A DNA stretch of 64,000 nucleotides from Desulfobacterales bacterium. Lineage in GTDB: Bacteria > Desulfobacterota > Desulfobacteria > Desulfobacterales > UBA5852. Of the stretch, positions 61,036 through 64,000 are shown piece by piece. The stretch covers positions 2,080,001 through 2,144,000 of the forward strand of contig CAXXVS010000002.1 in NCBI GenBank assembly GCA_963674755.2, given 5' to 3'. Both the position numbers and the translations under genes were made by a program. The notes under the pieces are model-generated. The model ran no database searches. It was given only the letters and a program-made list of their open reading frames with translations, and was not told the DNA's origin. Position 1 is the stretch's first letter. Every line of letters starts with the position of its first letter.

Positions 61036-61731
61036 ATGCAACTCAGCATCGAAAAAATTGCCCACGCCCTGGCGCTTCCCAAAGGTAAAATCGAACGGTG
61101 GATCCGTCAGGGCCGCATTCCTTTGGTCCGTCAGGACAATGTCTGCACCTTTGATCAACAGGCCCTTGAACGATGGGCATCCCAGAACAACCTTGCCTTT
61201 CGCCCGGATGAGCCCCAGATGCCGCCATGCGTTCCTTCCAATGAGAACAGCTTGACGGCGGCGCTTAAGAACGGAGGGGCTCATTACGATGTGGTCGGCA
61301 CCCAGACCGGGGAAGTCTTTCAATCCGCGGTGGATCGGCTCGATTCTATCCCCCCGGCCAACAAAGCCCTGCTCGTGGAAAAATTGATCGAACGGGAGTC
61401 GCTGGCCTCCACCGGAATCGGGAAAGGCATCGCCATTCCCCATCCCCGCAATCCGGAATCGATCGGCATCTGTAACCCCGCGGTAGCCGCATGCTTCCTG
61501 TCCACACCCATCGAATTTCATGCCCTGGACGGCCGCCCGGTTGCGATCCTGTTCATCCTGCTGTCCCCTTCGGTGCAGACCCACCTGCAGATTCTCTCCA
61601 AACTGTCCTTCTGCCTCCGGCAGGAGGACTTTGTCGCGTTTCTTAAAACGCCTCCCCAGCCGGAGACCCTGATGTCCCGCTTGGGCCAGATGGAACGTCT
61701 CTGCGATACGCGCGACCTGCGGCAGGGGTAG
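61036..61731 (+). CDS. HTH + PTS EIIA (fructose/Ntr type) domain protein
   Basis: N-terminal excisionase-like HTH (RWIRQG.IP); ERE..STGIG.GIAIPH. Confidence 0.88.
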   Translation: MQLSIEKIAHALALPKGKIERWIRQGRIPLVRQDNVCTFDQQALERWASQNNLAFRPDEPQMPPCVPSNENSLTAALKNGGAHYDVVGTQTGEVFQSAVDRLDSIPPANKALLVEKLIERESLASTGIGKGIAIPHPRNPESIGICNPAVAACFLSTPIEFHALDGRPVAILFILLSPSVQTHLQILSKLSFCLRQEDFVAFLKTPPQPETLMSRLGQMERLCDTRDLRQG

Positions 61732-61734
61732 CCC

Positions 61735-63468
61735 ATGCGCATCTTCACGACCTGGCGACGCCCTGCTACGTGGCACGTGTTCCGATCGGACGACCGCCTT
61801 TTGTTGATTATCGCCGGCGCAGCCGTCGGCATCTGCAGCGGCGTGGCGGCCGTGGCGTTGAACCAAGCCCTCGTTACGGTGCTGGGCTGGCTGCATCCTT
61901 ATCGCACGAATGGGTGGGCAATTCTGCTGCCCGCAGCGGGAGCGGCCCTGTCCTCCCTGTTTCTTAATAAGATCATGCGTGAAGGCGCCGGCCATGGCGT
62001 GCCGGAAGTGATCTACAGTGTATCGCGCTACGGCGGATTGATGCGGCTGCGATCCAGCTTCTCCCGGCTGATATCAAGCTGTCTGACCATCGGCAGCGGC
62101 GGCTCGGCCGGACCGGAAGCGCCCATCGTAATGAGCGGTTCGGCCATCGGCTCCAACATCGCCCGCCTGCTCAGCCTCAACGACCGCCAGCGGGTCACCC
62201 TCGTGGGATGCGGGGCGGCCGGCGCCATCTCGGCGATTTTCAACGCGCCCATCAGTGGCGTGATCTTTTCCATGGAAGTCATTCTCGGCGAATGGGCCGC
62301 CTCCCACCTGATCCCGATCGCCATTGCGGCCGTGGCCGGGACCGAAATCAGCTATTTGCTGCAGGGCCGGCAAATTCCTTTTTCCCATCAGCAATTCAAC
62401 ATCGGACTCATCGAAATCCTGGCCTGTATCGGCCTGGCGGTGCTCTCCGCCCTGGCCTCGATCGTATTGACCCGCGCCATTCGGACGGTCCATCACCGCG
62501 CCAATCACATCCGATGGCCGGCCTGGCTGAAAGCTGCCGGCGGCGGGTGTATGGTGGGCCTTATCGGCCTCTACCTCCCAATGGTGCTCGGGGAAGGGTA
62601 TCACACGATCCGTGAAATGATCGAAGGCCATTTTGCACCGGGCATCGGGTTGGTCTTTCTGGCCTGTCTGGCCAAAACTATCGCTACGGCCCTGACCCTC
62701 GGATCGGGAGGGTCGGGCGGCATATTCGCCCCCTGCCTCGTGCTTGGCAGTTTTGTCGGTCTAAGCTACCATCGGATTCTGCTATACCTGTGGCCGGCCT
62801 TCAATTGGGTTCAGGAGGGATGTTTCGTTTTGCTGGGCATGGCCGGTCTTATCAGCGGCATGCTCCAGGCGCCCCTCACCGGCATCTTTTTGATCGTCGA
62901 AATCACCGGCGGCTACGAAGTCATTTTGCCGCTGATCATCGTATCGGCCATATCCACCAGTCTGTGCCACTATTTCGAAACGGCCTCGTTCTATCTCAAG
63001 GACCTGGTGGATAACGGGCAGCTACTGCGCCCCGGCACCGATGCCCGCGTCCTGGCGGACCTCGAAATCCGCGAACTGCTGGAAACGGACTGTATCTCCG
63101 TGCATGCCGATATGCTGCTGCGGGATTTTATCGACATCGTCAAACATTCCCGGCGCAACCTCTTCCCTGTCGAAGACCGCCAGACCGGCCATTTTCTGGG
63201 AATGATCTACATGGACCATGTCCGGCCCTACCTTTTCGACCCCCTCATGTACGACACGGTACTCGTGGGGCAACTCATGGATACCCAGGTCAAGACCGTC
63301 GCCCCGGACGATGATGTTCTGGAAGTGCTGGAGCGGATGGACGCCGATCACTTGTTCAACATGCCGGTAGTCGCCAATCAGCGCTTCATCGGCATGATTT
63401 CTAAATCCACGCTGCTGGACCAATACCGCAAGGAACTGATGGTGCAAACCTACCATCTCAACCGGTAA
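61735..63468 (+). CDS. ClC family chloride channel/antiporter with a CBS pair
   Basis: GHGVP, GGSAGPEAP, FNAP, GGIFAP, C-terminal CBS domains. Confidence 0.93.
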   Translation: MRIFTTWRRPATWHVFRSDDRLLLIIAGAAVGICSGVAAVALNQALVTVLGWLHPYRTNGWAILLPAAGAALSSLFLNKIMREGAGHGVPEVIYSVSRYGGLMRLRSSFSRLISSCLTIGSGGSAGPEAPIVMSGSAIGSNIARLLSLNDRQRVTLVGCGAAGAISAIFNAPISGVIFSMEVILGEWAASHLIPIAIAAVAGTEISYLLQGRQIPFSHQQFNIGLIEILACIGLAVLSALASIVLTRAIRTVHHRANHIRWPAWLKAAGGGCMVGLIGLYLPMVLGEGYHTIREMIEGHFAPGIGLVFLACLAKTIATALTLGSGGSGGIFAPCLVLGSFVGLSYHRILLYLWPAFNWVQEGCFVLLGMAGLISGMLQAPLTGIFLIVEITGGYEVILPLIIVSAISTSLCHYFETASFYLKDLVDNGQLLRPGTDARVLADLEIRELLETDCISVHADMLLRDFIDIVKHSRRNLFPVEDRQTGHFLGMIYMDHVRPYLFDPLMYDTVLVGQLMDTQVKTVAPDDDVLEVLERMDADHLFNMPVVANQRFIGMISKSTLLDQYRKELMVQTYHLNR

Positions 63469-63478
63469 GGAGGCGATT

Positions 63479-64000
63479 ATGCACAGCCAGCTTCTGCACA
63501 TCTTCCGCAACACCCCCCTGGGCCGTGAAAGCTTTATGCAATCGCTCTACTTTTGTAAAAACGTGGGCGCCACCCCGGTCGTTCATATCCCCAAGCATAT
63601 CAAGTTCCTCATGTATTTTGACAACGATGTGGTCCAGGTGGATTTGGACGGATCTTACCTTACCGATTCCGCAACGGCCGAAGCCCACGCCCTGGAACTG
63701 ATCACAAGCTATGATCTGACACCCAAATTCCTGACACCCAAAAATTTTACGGCCTCCACGCTCCCGGACATCCCCACCAATTTCGACTTCATGTGCTGCC
63801 CCCGCAGCATCAGCGACTTGTCATCCAAAATCGGCTTGGGCTATATCGGCCCGCGCGTCAGGCGTATCGTCGCCTCCGCACGATTTCCGGTCCTCATCAC
63901 CAGCCCGGTCTTCAAACCCTGGAAGCGGCTGGCGGTATTTTTCGGCGGGTCGGCCAACGCCTTGAACGCCTTGAAGCTGGGGCTGCGTCTGGCCCGTGAG
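63479..64000 (+). CDS. Universal stress protein family, partial (runs off the window)
   Basis: GGAGG SD; MHSQLLHIFRNTPLGRE...ARFPVLI...VFFGGSANAL. Confidence 0.7.
   Translation, partial: MHSQLLHIFRNTPLGRESFMQSLYFCKNVGATPVVHIPKHIKFLMYFDNDVVQVDLDGSYLTDSATAEAHALELITSYDLTPKFLTPKNFTASTLPDIPTNFDFMCCPRSISDLSSKIGLGYIGPRVRRIVASARFPVLITSPVFKPWKRLAVFFGGSANALNALKLGLRLARE

Overview
GC-rich chromosomal window, most likely from a Desulfobacterales-type deltaproteobacterium (inferred from gene content). From about 7.8 kb to the end it is mostly housekeeping backbone: tsaC/sua5, a purD-purE fusion, ddl, tRNA-Met, a zinc-ribbon/DUF3426 protein, hpt, a class II dnaJ, mnmG, dusB, a beta-oxidation pair, a Yej/Opp ABC transporter, rplM-rpsI, bactofilin, ruvCAB, tol-pal, sdh/frdCAB, mscS and a PTS-IIA/ClC/USP operon. 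The unusual part is a roughly 6 kb, more AT-rich accessory region (about 1.45-7.6 kb) between pqiA and the 3' end of tRNA-Leu(CAA), with no integrase. It carries five paralogous 60-85 aa ORFs of a family I do not recognise (motif IDPxGxLxPGTx[QE][YH]...M...W...L.M), arranged in two diverged copies of one module. Each module has a conserved 46-47 nt upstream element containing an apparent leaderless sigma70 promoter, and three of the genes are followed by a conserved GC hairpin that is not a terminator. Three tandem STAS/SEC14 (SpoIIAA-like) genes converge on one copy. The two copies bracket two lipoprotein genes and several truncated genes. Smaller signals include an IS200/IS605-like miniature element, a deleted EEP pseudogene, three TGAAT-N4-AT(T/G)CA operator-like boxes upstream of the fad genes, and a 58 aa gene missed by the ORF track. 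All family assignments come from motif recognition by eye; no database search was run.
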